Source of the DNA: Acidobacteriota bacterium
Lineage (GTDB): Bacteria; Acidobacteriota; UBA4820; DSQY01
NCBI GenBank assembly: GCA_021787565.1
Contig: JAJYLT010000016.1
Span: 9,156-73,155, forward strand
Length of the DNA: 64,000 bases
Direction of reading: 5' to 3'
The notes beneath the pieces were generated by a model. That model was given only the letters and a program-made list of their open reading frames with translations. It had not been told where the DNA came from and ran no database searches. Below, in pieces: positions 32,756 through 42,447 of the stretch (the first letter of the stretch is position 1; every line of letters begins with the position of its first letter). The position numbers and the translations under genes are program-made.

Positions 32756-35197
32756 ATGCCAGATTCCCCGTGCTTCGCCCCCGGTTGGCCGGGCATTGCG
32801 CCCACCTGGACATCGAGCGCCAAGTGCGGCGTCGGCACCTCGGCGGGGCGCTCCAGCCCGCTCTGGTACACGCTGAGCCACGGCATCGTGAACGAGGTCT
32901 ACTTCCCCCGGCTCGACACGGCCTGTATCCGGGACCTCCAGCTCATCGTCACCGACGGAGAATCCTTCTTCTCGGAGGAGAAGCGCCACACCGAGAGCAC
33001 CATCACCCTCCCCGAGGAGGGCATCCCGCTCTACCGCCTTGAGAACGCCTGCCGAGAGGGCCGCTACCGGATCGAGAAGGAGATCCTCTCGGACCCGGCC
33101 CGCCCCGTGCTCCTCCAACGCATCCGCTTCCAGCCCCTGACCGGCCCCGCCGAGCGCTACCGGCTCCACGCCCTGCTCGCCCCCCATCTGCACAACCGCG
33201 GCTCCGGCAACACGGCTTGGTGTGGCGATTACAAGGGCGTGCCCATGCTCTTCGCGCGGCGGCACGGCTACGCCCTGGCGCTGGCCTCCTCGCTCCCGTG
33301 GCGGGGCCGTTCGGCGGGCTTCTCCGGCTCTTCCGACGGATGGCAGGACCTCGTCCGGCACTTCCGGATGACCTGGTTCTACGACCGGGCGGAGAACGGC
33401 AACGTCGCCCTCACCGGCGAGATCGCCCTGGACCCTTCGGCGGACGGATTCCTGCTGGCCCTCGGCTTTGGAGAGAACGAATGGGAAGCGGGCCAGCGCG
33501 CCAGGAGCAGCATCCTGGAAGGCTTCGATGCCGTCCGCTCGGCGTTTGTGGAAGAGTGGCGGAGGTGGCAGGAGGAGCTCGTGCCCCTGGAGCGCCGCCC
33601 GCACCGCGGCAGCCTCTTCCGCACCAGCGCCATGGTGCTCAAGAGCCACGAGTCCAAGGCCTTCCCGGGCGGCCTCATCGCCAGCCTGAGCGTGCCCTGG
33701 GGGCAGGCCAAGGGTGACGACGACCTGGGCGGGTACCACCTCCTGTGGCCCAGGGACCTGGTGGAAACGGCGGGAGGGCTGCTCGCGCTGGGCGCCCGCC
33801 GGGACGCCCGGCGCGTTCTTCGCTACCTCCAGACCACCCAGTGCGAGGACGGCCACTGGCCGCAGAACATGTGGCTCGACGGCAACCCGTACTGGCAAGG
33901 GGTCCAACTCGACGAGACGGCATTCCCGGTCCTGCTCTGCGACCTGGCCCTCAGAAACAAGGCCCTGGGGCCGGAGGAGGCCGCCCGGCTCTGGCCCATG
34001 GTCCGAAGCGCCGCCGCCTTCCTCGTCCAAAACGGCCCCGTGACGCAGCAGGACCGCTGGGAAGAGGATCCCGGCTATTCGCCCTTCACCCTGGCGGTAA
34101 CGGTGGCCGCCCTGCTGGCCGCCGCCGAGTGGGCCGAGGGCGCCGGGGAGGGCGAGGCGGCCGCCTACCTGCGGGAGACGGCCGACGCGTGGAACGACTC
34201 CATCGAGCGCTGGACCTTCGCCACGGGGACGGAGCTGGCAGCCGAGCTGGGCGTTTCGGGCTATTACGTTCGCATCGCACCGTCGGACTCGGCCGACGCC
34301 TGCTCGCCCATGCAGGGCTTCGTGCCTATCAAAAACCGCCCCATCGGCCAGAGCGCCGCCCCCGCCGCCCAGATCCTCAGCCCGGACGCCCTGGCCCTCG
34401 TTCGTTTCGGCCTGCGCGCGCCTGACGACCCCCGCATCCTGGACACCCTCCGGGCGCTGGACGCCCGGCTGAGGATCGAGACGCCCGCCGGCCCCTGCTG
34501 GAAGCGTTACAGTGGCGACGGCTACGGAGAGCACGAGGACGGGAGCCCCTTCGACGGGACGGGTGTGGGCCGGCCCTGGCCCCTTCTCACGGGGGAGCGG
34601 GCCCACTACGAGCTCGCCGCCGGCCGGAGGGAGGAGGCGAGGCGGCTGCTACGCTCCATGGAGGCCCTGGCCGGCGCGGGCGGGATGCTGCCTGAGCAGG
34701 TCTGGGACGGGGCCGACCTCCCCCCCCGCGAGCTCTTCTTCGGCCGCCCCTCGGGCTCGGCCATGCCGCTCGTCTGGGCCCACGCCGAGTACCTGAAGCT
34801 CTTGCGCTCCCTGAAGGAGGGGCGGATCTTCGACCTTCCGCCGCAGACCGCGCAGCGCTATCTGCGTGACCCACCGGCTCCCCGCTTCTGGGTGTGGCGC
34901 TTCAGCCACAAGTCCCGCCGCATCGAGGGCCGCGGACTGGACCTGCGCATCGAGACCCTCGAGCGGGCCGTTGTCCACTGGAGTTCCGATGGCTGGGCCT
35001 CGGCGCGGGATACGGAAACCCGGTCCACCGGGCTGGGCATCCACGTGGCCGACCTGCCGGCGGCCGGGCTGCCGGCGGGGGCCTCGGTGCGGTTCACCTT
35101 CTACTGGCCCGATGCGGCGAGATGGGAAGGGGAGGATTTCGAGGTCGGGTCCGCCGGCGCCTCCACCGCGCCCGCCGAGACGGGGAAACGTCCGTGA
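32756..35197 (+). CDS. GH15 glucoamylase/glucodextranase-like protein
   Basis: APGWPG..WTSSAK, ASLSVPWG, GYHLLWPRD, QLDE, DRWEE, WPLLTGER, LPEQVW, PLVWAHAEY. Confidence 0.92.
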   Translation: MPDSPCFAPGWPGIAPTWTSSAKCGVGTSAGRSSPLWYTLSHGIVNEVYFPRLDTACIRDLQLIVTDGESFFSEEKRHTESTITLPEEGIPLYRLENACREGRYRIEKEILSDPARPVLLQRIRFQPLTGPAERYRLHALLAPHLHNRGSGNTAWCGDYKGVPMLFARRHGYALALASSLPWRGRSAGFSGSSDGWQDLVRHFRMTWFYDRAENGNVALTGEIALDPSADGFLLALGFGENEWEAGQRARSSILEGFDAVRSAFVEEWRRWQEELVPLERRPHRGSLFRTSAMVLKSHESKAFPGGLIASLSVPWGQAKGDDDLGGYHLLWPRDLVETAGGLLALGARRDARRVLRYLQTTQCEDGHWPQNMWLDGNPYWQGVQLDETAFPVLLCDLALRNKALGPEEAARLWPMVRSAAAFLVQNGPVTQQDRWEEDPGYSPFTLAVTVAALLAAAEWAEGAGEGEAAAYLRETADAWNDSIERWTFATGTELAAELGVSGYYVRIAPSDSADACSPMQGFVPIKNRPIGQSAAPAAQILSPDALALVRFGLRAPDDPRILDTLRALDARLRIETPAGPCWKRYSGDGYGEHEDGSPFDGTGVGRPWPLLTGERAHYELAAGRREEARRLLRSMEALAGAGGMLPEQVWDGADLPPRELFFGRPSGSAMPLVWAHAEYLKLLRSLKEGRIFDLPPQTAQRYLRDPPAPRFWVWRFSHKSRRIEGRGLDLRIETLERAVVHWSSDGWASARDTETRSTGLGIHVADLPAAGLPAGASVRFTFYWPDAARWEGEDFEVGSAGASTAPAETGKRP

Positions 35198-35385
35198 GCG
35201 CTCAGGTGGAGATCTACTCGGCGCCGGGCTGCCCCTACTGCCGGCATGCCAAGAGGCTGCTCAGGGAGAAGGGGGTTCCCTTCGTGGAGCACCGCCTCTA
35301 CATAGTCCTCCTCTGGCTCCTGCCGATTGGAACCTTCCGGGAGATGAAGGAGCGGAGCGGAGGGCGGGACACGGTTCCGCTTTGA
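35194..35385 (+). pseudogene. Glutaredoxin, C-terminally truncated
   Basis: IYSAPGCPYC...EMKERSGGRDTVP then stop; QIFI..GG segment missing. Confidence 0.7.
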
Positions 35386-35602
35386 CTCCGAAGAAAGCCC
35401 CGGTCAGCGCGGCCGCCGCCACCGCGAACCAGAAGCCGACCGGGTGCCCCATGGCCATCAGGAGGCCCCCCGCTAAGGCCACCAGGCCCAGCAGCCCTCC
35501 CGAAATCAGGGAGGGCAGGCTCTTGGCCGCCACGAAACCGGCCACGCCTCCCCCCGCGATGAGGAGCCCGTACACGATCGTCGCCCCTGCCTGAAAGGTC
35601 AT
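35261..35602 (-). pseudogene. TMEM14-family membrane protein, probably C-terminally truncated
   Basis: YGLLIAGGGVAGF..KSLPSLISG; similarity ends near 35380 where it meets the glutaredoxin remnant. Confidence 0.65.
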
Positions 35603-35691
35603 CCGCACTCTCCTTGGCGCCGCCGTGGCGCCGGTAAGTTCGGGCCGCCGGCCGTCAAAGGGTGGGGATTGTATATTTCCGAGAGCCGGCT

Positions 35692-36879
35692 TCACTCCTC
35701 CTCCCCTCCCCACCGGACGGCGTCCTCTCCGAAGCGCCGGCGGAGCTCATCCAGCGTCCTGTCGAGCTTGCGCTCGCGCGCCCGGTCTCCCACCGAGAAG
35801 AGATCCCCCTGCGCGGGACGCTGCCCCGCTGGCGAGAGATCGAAGGCGGCCATGCCCACCAGGCGCACGGGGATGGTGAGATCGAACTGGCCGAGGAGCA
35901 TCTCCGCCGCCCTCTCCAGCTCCCGGTCCGAGTCGGTCGGACCGGCGAGCGCCATCTGCCGGCTCAGGATGCGGAAGCCGGAGGTCTTGAGCTTGACCCG
36001 CACGGCCCCGGCGAGCAGGCCTTCGGCGCGCAGGTGGCGCCCCACCTTGGCCGCGGCCTTGCGCAGGTGCGGACGGATCGGCCCCTCTCCGACCACGTCC
36101 TTCTCCAGGGTGGTCTCGGCGCCGACGCTCTTGGTCTCCCGTTCGGAGAGAACGGGGCGGTCGTCCACACCCCAGGCCAGCTCGTGAATCCGCCGACCCC
36201 ACTCGCCGAGGCGCCGCTCCAGCCTCTCCGGCGGCGCGTGGGCCACGTCGCCGATGCTCCGAAGGCCCATTCCCTCGAGCTGCTCCCTCGTCTTGGGCCC
36301 GACGCCCCAGAGCCGAGAGACGTCGAGGGGCCAGAGGAAGGCCGTCACCTCCCCGGGCGGCACCACCACCAGCCCGTCCGGCTTCCTGAAATCGCTGGCC
36401 ACCTTCGCGACGAACTTGCAGGGTGCCAGACCCACGGAGATGGTGAGCCCCCGCGTGGCCTCCGAAACCTCCCTCCTGATCCGGCGCCCCATCTCCTCGG
36501 GCGGCCCGAACAGGCCCTCGGCGCCGGTCATGTCCAGGAAGGCCTCGTCCAGACTGAGGGGCTCGACCAGCGGCGAGAAGCGGGCGAAGACCCCCATGAC
36601 CACCTCGGACACGGCCTTGTATCGTTCGAAGTCGGGCGGCAGGACCGCGGCGTGCGGACAGAGGCGGCGGGCCTGGGCCATGGGCATGGCGCTTCGGCAG
36701 CCGAAGGGGCGCGCCTCGTAGCTGGCGGTGGAGACGACGCCCCGGTTGCCCGTGCCCCCCACGAGGAGGGGCTTCCCCCTCAGCTCGGGCCGGTCGCGCT
36801 GCTCCACGGCCGCGAAGAAGGCGTCCATGTCGGCATGGAGGATGACTCTCGGCCAGATTTCCTCTCCCTGCCGCTCCAT
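35692..36879 (-). CDS. dinB: DNA polymerase IV (Y family)
   Basis: HADMDAFFAAVE, ASYEAR, SLDEAF, KVASD..KPDG, LWGVG, VRLVG. Confidence 0.95.
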   Translation of the reverse strand: MERQGEEIWPRVILHADMDAFFAAVEQRDRPELRGKPLLVGGTGNRGVVSTASYEARPFGCRSAMPMAQARRLCPHAAVLPPDFERYKAVSEVVMGVFARFSPLVEPLSLDEAFLDMTGAEGLFGPPEEMGRRIRREVSEATRGLTISVGLAPCKFVAKVASDFRKPDGLVVVPPGEVTAFLWPLDVSRLWGVGPKTREQLEGMGLRSIGDVAHAPPERLERRLGEWGRRIHELAWGVDDRPVLSERETKSVGAETTLEKDVVGEGPIRPHLRKAAAKVGRHLRAEGLLAGAVRVKLKTSGFRILSRQMALAGPTDSDRELERAAEMLLGQFDLTIPVRLVGMAAFDLSPAGQRPAQGDLFSVGDRARERKLDRTLDELRRRFGEDAVRWGGEEE

Positions 36880-36910
36880 CCGTCACCTTCCTTCCTGCCG
36901 GGGACGCCGC

Positions 36911-38124
36911 TCAGGCCTCGGCGGCCTCGCGGCGGCCGCCGAGGCTCCTCATGGAACCCACCATGGCCGCCGTGCAACACCCCAGGAGAAGACAGAGGCC
37001 CCACAGGGGGCGCGATCCGAGCCTCTCCAGAACCAGGGTCCCGAGCCACGGCCCGACCGTGAGACAGAGGCTGAAGGTCATGGCGTAGAGCCCCATGTAC
37101 TCCCCCCTCCGGTCGGGGGGCGCCCAGTCCGCCACCGCCGCCGCGCTGCCCGGGAACAGGATCATCTCGCCGAAGGTCCAGATCACGACGGTCAGCCCGA
37201 CGCTCCAGTAACCCCCGGCCAGCGCGAGCGCTCCGAACCCGGCTCCGGTCAGGAGCGCACCCAGGGCCAGCGAGCGCCGGTGGGACCATCGGGCCATGGC
37301 GGCATTGAGGGGGACCTCCAGGAAGATGATCAGCACCGTGTTCACCGTGAAGAAGAGGCCGTAGACCGCCTCCGGCATGTGGAGGTCCTTCACGAGGTGG
37401 AGCGGGAAGGCCGCGTCGATCTGCAAGAAGACGATGACCGTCGGGATGATGGCGGCCAGGAAGAACAGGAAGGGGCCATTGGCGAGGGCGCGCCCTGAAG
37501 GAGCACCGGCGCTCCCTCATCCTCCGGGGAGGCCGCGCCGCCGCCCGCGGCGGTCTCGTGTCGTGGCGTCATGAGCCACAGAAATCCGAAGGCAAGCAGC
37601 GAGGTGGCCCCGTCCACCCAGAAGAGCCACCGGAAGTCCACCATGGCCAGAAACCCGCCCAGGGCCGGTCCGACGCTCATGCCCAGGTTCACGGCCAGAC
37701 GATTGAGGGCGAAGACGGCCTTCCGCTGGCCGGGGGCGGCGAGCCCCGCGAGAATGGCCATGGCGGCAGGACGGTAGGCCTCGTTCACCAACGCCCAGAG
37801 GAAGGTCGCCGCGAGAACCGGACCGAACCCCCGCACCAGCGGAAAGAGCAGGAGCGCGGCCCCCGACAGGAAGAGCGAGGCGGCCATAATCCAGAGGGCG
37901 CCCACCCGGTCGCAGAGCCTTCCCGCGAAGGGGCCCATCAGGAGCGCCCCCGCGCCGTACACGGTGAGCGCCGAGCCCGCCTGGGCGGGCGAGAGGTGGA
38001 GCCCCCTGCTCAGGTAAAGCACGAGGAAGGGCAGCACCATGGTGCCCATGCGGTTAATGAGGGTCGTGGCGCAGAGGACCCAGACCGCGCGGTCCAGGCC
38101 CCCGAGAGAGCGCCAGGGGTTCAT
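36911..38124 (-). pseudogene. MFS transporter with a frameshift in the central loop
   Basis: N-half (GRLCDRVG, NLGMSVGPALGG) and C-half (PFLFFL...RRGEYMG) lie in different frames, switching near 37500. Confidence 0.8.
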
Positions 38125-38372
38125 GGGGGCCTCCTCCCGGCTCATCATAGGCGGCGCCCCTCCCCCTGTCCACGGCCGGGGTGCCGCTGTTTTCGGCGTC
38201 TCGTCCGAAGGGACCGCCCGCTCGCCGGGGGCGCCGGAAGGGCCCGTGGCCGGCGCGTGGCGAGGCACTCTCGCGCCGAAAGATGTCGTCCGACTTCAGG
38301 CTTCACCACCTCTCAAGAGCGGTTCTTTTCAGTGCTCACCTCCCCCATCATCCGCCACCCCAACAGACCATC

Positions 38373-38523
38373 CCCAAATTCCGCGATGGAATTGCACTCG
38401 TAGGAGCGCCGCCCCCGGCGCGACGGACCGTACGCGGGCACCGCATCCTGGTCGCAGGGTCACCCGGTTCGCGGCGAGGCGCCGCTCCTACGCAGGCGTT
38501 GAGCCGCTGTCGCGGAATCGGGG
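38373..38523 (+). mobile_element. MITE family A copy 4
   Basis: CCCAAATTCCGCGAT...GTCGCGGAATCGGGG; direct repeat ACCATC at 38367-38372 and 38524-38529. Confidence 0.93.
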
Positions 38524-38612
38524 ACCATCGACCCTTCTAGACTCTCGAGGCGACGCGCGAATAGAATGGCCCGTCCGCGCGCCGGACGATGCGCGGAGAG
38601 AGGGGGGAGCCG

Positions 38613-39818
38613 GTGGCCAGGCGAGATTGGATTCGCGGCGTCGCAGCCTTTTGCCTCCCCGGGGGGGCGCTCCTTCTCCTGCTGTCCCTGGCGGTCCGGG
38701 CGGGACTCCTCACGGCGTGGTGGCCGCGGGCCGCGCCCTACGTTTCGGGGACCGTCCTCATCGCCGCCATCCTGCTGGCCTGGCGGTTCCGCCGCAGCCG
38801 AGCCCTCTACGCCCTGATGGCCATCGCGCTGACGGAGGTCCTCCTGGAACGCTTGGGGATGCGAGCCTTCGGGGCGGCAGCCCTGCTCCTGCCCTTGAAT
38901 CTGGCCGCCGCGGGGCTCCTCAGGGAGCGGGGGGTGATCAGCCGCGCCGGCCTCCTCCGGCTCGTCGCTCTCCTCCTCCAGCCCGCGCTGGCGGCCGCGG
39001 CCCTCCTGCTCCTTCCCGCCGCCAGCGCGACGTTCTTCCTCGGCCGATTCTCGTCCTCGGAGTGGATGGCGCGGTCGGGGCTGCCGCAACCCTCCCTGGC
39101 TGCCTTCGCGGTGGCCGCGGTGGCCCTCAGCGTCGGGTACGGCATTCGGAGGAGCGCTCAGGATTCGGCGCTCATCTGGGCCCTGGCCTCCGCCTTCCTG
39201 GCGCTGGACTCTCGCGGATCGGGGCCCCTCCCCGCCCTTTACCTGACGGCGGCGGCGCTGATCGTGGGCTTGTCGGTGGTGGAGACCTCTCACCGCCTGG
39301 CCTACCGCGACGAACTCACGGGACTGCCGGGGCGGCGGGCCCTGGAAGAGGCGCTGGCCTCGGCCGGCGGACAGACCACGGTGGCCATGGTGGACGTGGA
39401 CCACTTCAAGCGGTTCAATGACCGGTACGGCCACGATGCCGGCGACGAGGTGCTGAAGATGGTGGCCGCGCGCCTCTCGGAAGCCGGAGGGGGCGGGCAG
39501 GCCTTTCGTTACGGCGGGGAGGAGTTCACCATTCTCTTCCCCGGCCGCCGGGCCGAACAGGCACTCCCCCACCTGGAGCGCGCGAGGCGGACGGTGGCGG
39601 CCCAGAGCTTTGCAATCCGAGCCAGCCAGCGGCCAAGGAAGAAGCCCGGCCGCCCCGAACCGAGCAGGACGAAGCCGAGGCGCGTTTTTGTCAGCGTGAG
39701 CATCGGAGTGGCCGAATCCTCTTCGTCTCAGGATATACTTTCCGCGATGAAGGGCGCGGACCGCGCCCTCTACAGGGCCAAGGGAGAGGGACGCAACCGG
39801 GTCGTCCTGGGGCGCTGA
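38613..39818 (+). CDS. Membrane-bound diguanylate cyclase
   Basis: Multiple TM helices; DELTGL, DVDHFKRFND.YGH..GD, RYGGEEF, ADRALY.AK..GRN. Confidence 0.93.
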   Translation: MARRDWIRGVAAFCLPGGALLLLLSLAVRAGLLTAWWPRAAPYVSGTVLIAAILLAWRFRRSRALYALMAIALTEVLLERLGMRAFGAAALLLPLNLAAAGLLRERGVISRAGLLRLVALLLQPALAAAALLLLPAASATFFLGRFSSSEWMARSGLPQPSLAAFAVAAVALSVGYGIRRSAQDSALIWALASAFLALDSRGSGPLPALYLTAAALIVGLSVVETSHRLAYRDELTGLPGRRALEEALASAGGQTTVAMVDVDHFKRFNDRYGHDAGDEVLKMVAARLSEAGGGGQAFRYGGEEFTILFPGRRAEQALPHLERARRTVAAQSFAIRASQRPRKKPGRPEPSRTKPRRVFVSVSIGVAESSSSQDILSAMKGADRALYRAKGEGRNRVVLGR

Positions 39819-39872
39819 GGCCGGCCGGGAACAAATGCACGCTGCGGTTTCCCGTATGCTGGCAGGTGGAGG

Positions 39873-40853
39873 ATGCACGTGACTCACCCCATCGACCGCC
39901 GCCTCTGTGTGGCACCGATGATGGAATGCACGGACCGCCACGAGCGGTTCTTCCTCCGCCTCATTACCGCGCGAACACTGCTCTACACGGAGATGGTCAC
40001 TACGGGAGCGGTGCTCCACGGCGACCGCGAACGCCTCCTGGCTTTCGATCCCGTGGAGCACCCGGTCGCGCTCCAGGTAGGCGGGAGCTCGCCGATCGAG
40101 CTGGCCAAGTGCGCCCGCATCGCTCACGCCATGGGCTACGACGAGATCAACCTGAACGTCGGGTGCCCCAGCGACCGCGTCCAGTCGGGGCGCTTCGGCG
40201 CGTGCCTCATGGCCGAACCCGATCTCGTCGCCCGCTGCGTGGCCGCCATGGCCGACGCCTCCCCCCTGCCGGTGACCGTAAAGACCAGGATCGGCATCGA
40301 TGAAAGCGACTCCTTCGAGGAGCTGCTCAACTTTGTGGACAAAGTGGCCTTGGCCGGCTGCCGCGTCTTCGTCATCCATGCCCGCAAGGCATGGCTGAGC
40401 GGCCTCAGCCCCAAGGAGAACCGGGAGGTGCCTCCCCTTCGGTACGACGTGGTCTACCGGTTGAAACGCGAGCGGCCGACGCTGAGCGTCGTGTTGAACG
40501 GCGGCGTGGGGAGCCTGGACGAAGCCCAAGACCACCTTCGCCAAGTGGACGGGGTCATGATCGGCAGGGCGGCCTACGAGACGCCCTACGTCCTCGCCGA
40601 AGCGGATCGGCGGTTATGGGGAGAGGAGCGGCCCATTCCCAGCCGAAGAGAACTGCTCGAGCGGTTCGTCCCTTACGCCGAAGAACAGGCTCGGCGGGGA
40701 GTGCCGTTGAACCTGATGGCCCGCCACCTGATGGGGATCTTTCACGGCGAGCAGGGGGCCAGACTCTGGCGTCGTCGGCTCGGCGAACTGTGCCGGAAGG
40801 ATTCAGGGGGAGAAGAGCTTCGGGAGGTGATCGAAGCCTTCCTCACTTCCTGA
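39873..40853 (+). CDS. dusA: tRNA dihydrouridine synthase DusA
   Basis: APMM, LLYTEMV, NLNVGCPS.RVQSGRFGA, HARKAWL.GLSPKENR. Confidence 0.93.
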   Translation: MHVTHPIDRRLCVAPMMECTDRHERFFLRLITARTLLYTEMVTTGAVLHGDRERLLAFDPVEHPVALQVGGSSPIELAKCARIAHAMGYDEINLNVGCPSDRVQSGRFGACLMAEPDLVARCVAAMADASPLPVTVKTRIGIDESDSFEELLNFVDKVALAGCRVFVIHARKAWLSGLSPKENREVPPLRYDVVYRLKRERPTLSVVLNGGVGSLDEAQDHLRQVDGVMIGRAAYETPYVLAEADRRLWGEERPIPSRRELLERFVPYAEEQARRGVPLNLMARHLMGIFHGEQGARLWRRRLGELCRKDSGGEELREVIEAFLTS

Positions 40854-40961
40854 GGCTCTTTCACGACGGCTTCCAGAGAGCTCATGGAGCGGCGGATGGG
40901 GCCGCCTCGGGGAGAGCGCCCGTCGATGCCGGCCCGCCGACGGGGCGGCACGGCTTCTGGT

Positions 40962-41882
40962 TCAGGAGGTTGCCGAGAGAGAGGCGGCGGATCGGGCCAG
41001 AATGTCCTCGATGAGGGAGTCCTTGTCCTGCCAGATCTCCCGGATCCAGTTCTGGAAACGCTCCCGCAGTTCGGGGTTCTCCAGGTATCCGCCCCTCATG
41101 AACTCCTCGGGGATGGAGAATTCGCGGACCCTCACCACCACGCGGCGGATGCGTCCCGTGAAAAGGTCCCAGAAGCCGGTGCGCTTCTCGGGGTAGACCA
41201 CCGTCACATCCAGCAGGGATCGCAGCCTTCCGCCCATGGCCTCCAGGGCGAAGGCGACCCCTCCGGCCTTGGGGCGGAGCAGGTGGCGGTAAGGTGAATC
41301 CTGGTGGGAGTGTTTCTCGGGCGTGAATCGTGTGCCCTCAAGGAAGTTCAGAATTGTAACCGGCCTGCCCGCGAACTTGCGGCAGGCCTTCTTCGTGGTT
41401 TCCAGGTCCTTGCCCTTCTTCTCGGGGTGGGCTTCGAGGTAGCTCTTGGTATAGCGGCGCATGAACGGGAAATCGAGGGCCCACCAAGCGCCCCCAAGCA
41501 CGGGGACCCAGGCCAACTGCCTCTTGAGGAAGAACTTGGGAAAGGGGATGCGCCTGTTGAAGACCTTATGGAGCACCACCACGTCCACCCAGGACTGATG
41601 GTTGCAGCTCACCAGGTAGCTGGAGGCCCTCTTCAGCCCCTCCGCCCCCTGGACGTCCCAATGGATGCGCTGGGTCATCCTCAGCCCCCAGTTGTTTCCG
41701 CAGGTCCAGGCCTCCGCTATCCGGGTCATGAGGGTCGTGCACCCGCTCTTCCACCGGCGGTGGGGCACGAGCACCTTGGCCGGAATCACCAGATAGAGGA
41801 GTGCCCCCCAGAACAGCGTATTGAGGCCGAACAGGAAGAAGACGAGAGGACCCAGAATGGGCGGTGGCAGGAACGATAACAT
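40962..41882 (-). CDS. YihG-like PlsC-family acyltransferase
   Basis: NHQSWVD, FFLKRQL, FPFMRRY, FLEGTRFT, LDVTVVY. Confidence 0.9.
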   Translation of the reverse strand: MLSFLPPPILGPLVFFLFGLNTLFWGALLYLVIPAKVLVPHRRWKSGCTTLMTRIAEAWTCGNNWGLRMTQRIHWDVQGAEGLKRASSYLVSCNHQSWVDVVVLHKVFNRRIPFPKFFLKRQLAWVPVLGGAWWALDFPFMRRYTKSYLEAHPEKKGKDLETTKKACRKFAGRPVTILNFLEGTRFTPEKHSHQDSPYRHLLRPKAGGVAFALEAMGGRLRSLLDVTVVYPEKRTGFWDLFTGRIRRVVVRVREFSIPEEFMRGGYLENPELRERFQNWIREIWQDKDSLIEDILARSAASLSATS

Positions 41883-42143
41883 TTCGGCGCTCTCCTCGAC
41901 CCTCCCAGTCCCGTTGGAGAGCCTTGGATCATCGTATCAACAAGGCTCCGGCGATACAAGCGAGGGCTGGGAAAGGTGGAGGGTGGAGGGCGGGGCGGCA
42001 AGAGGGAAGGGGGGTGATGAGCCTTCAAGCGCCCGATCTCTATTGCATCCCTTTTGCCTGCCTGTTGGATCTTGTCTTCACTCAAGCGCCCATCTGCCAT
42101 TGACTCGCGCCTGCCTTGCCCCTCCCCCGGCGGCCCCCAGCCG

Positions 42144-42188
42144 TGTCATTTTGGGAGGCCAGGCCTGCCTTGGATTGTCAATATGGCC
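42144..42188 (+). promoter_or_regulatory. Putative tandem enhancer (bEBP) sites
   Basis: TGTCATTTTGGGA (42144) and TGTCAATATGGCC (42176), 32 bp apart and about 100-135 bp upstream of the predicted sigma54 start site. Confidence 0.45.
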
Positions 42189-42251
42189 TGCCGCCTGGGC
42201 AGGGCAACGATCCCGTGATCGAGAATTGGGGGATTTCGGGCGCACACAGCC

Positions 42252-42267
42252 TGGCACTGATATTGCT
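42252..42267 (+). promoter_or_regulatory. sigma54 -24/-12 promoter
   Basis: TGGCAC-TGATA-TTGCT, full consensus. Confidence 0.82.
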
Positions 42268-42277
42268 TAAGAAGGGG

Positions 42278-42396
42278 CGGAGATTATCTTGGGCGTGGGG
42301 TCCGACTCAACCCCTAGCTCCGGGAGGTCCGGAGGCCCGAAGAAGATAACCCTCCATACCTCCGAGGGCCCGCCTCCTCCAGGCGGGCCTTTACTT
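42278..42396 (+). ncRNA. Candidate sigma54-dependent small RNA
   Basis: Begins at the predicted +1; outer stem GGAG-A-TTATCTT-GGGC / GCCC-GAAG-AAGATAA-CC-CTCC, two inner hairpins, terminal hairpin plus TTT; no credible ORF. Confidence 0.65.
42367..42396 (+). terminator. Intrinsic terminator with CCTCC loop
   Basis: GGCCCGCCT-CCTCC-AGGCGGGCC-TTTACTT. Confidence 0.7.
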
Positions 42397-42447
42397 GTAT
42401 GCAACCAACGCGCTCATTCGTCTTTTCGAAACAGTTGGACCCGCCTC

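Noticed and set aside
36880-38370. Operator box upstream of dinB or the MFS gene
   Set aside because: No TAGTCA-N4-TGAC motif found by eye
41964-42015. G-quadruplex-like G-run tract upstream of the acyltransferase
   Set aside because: G-runs are common at this GC content and there is no independent support
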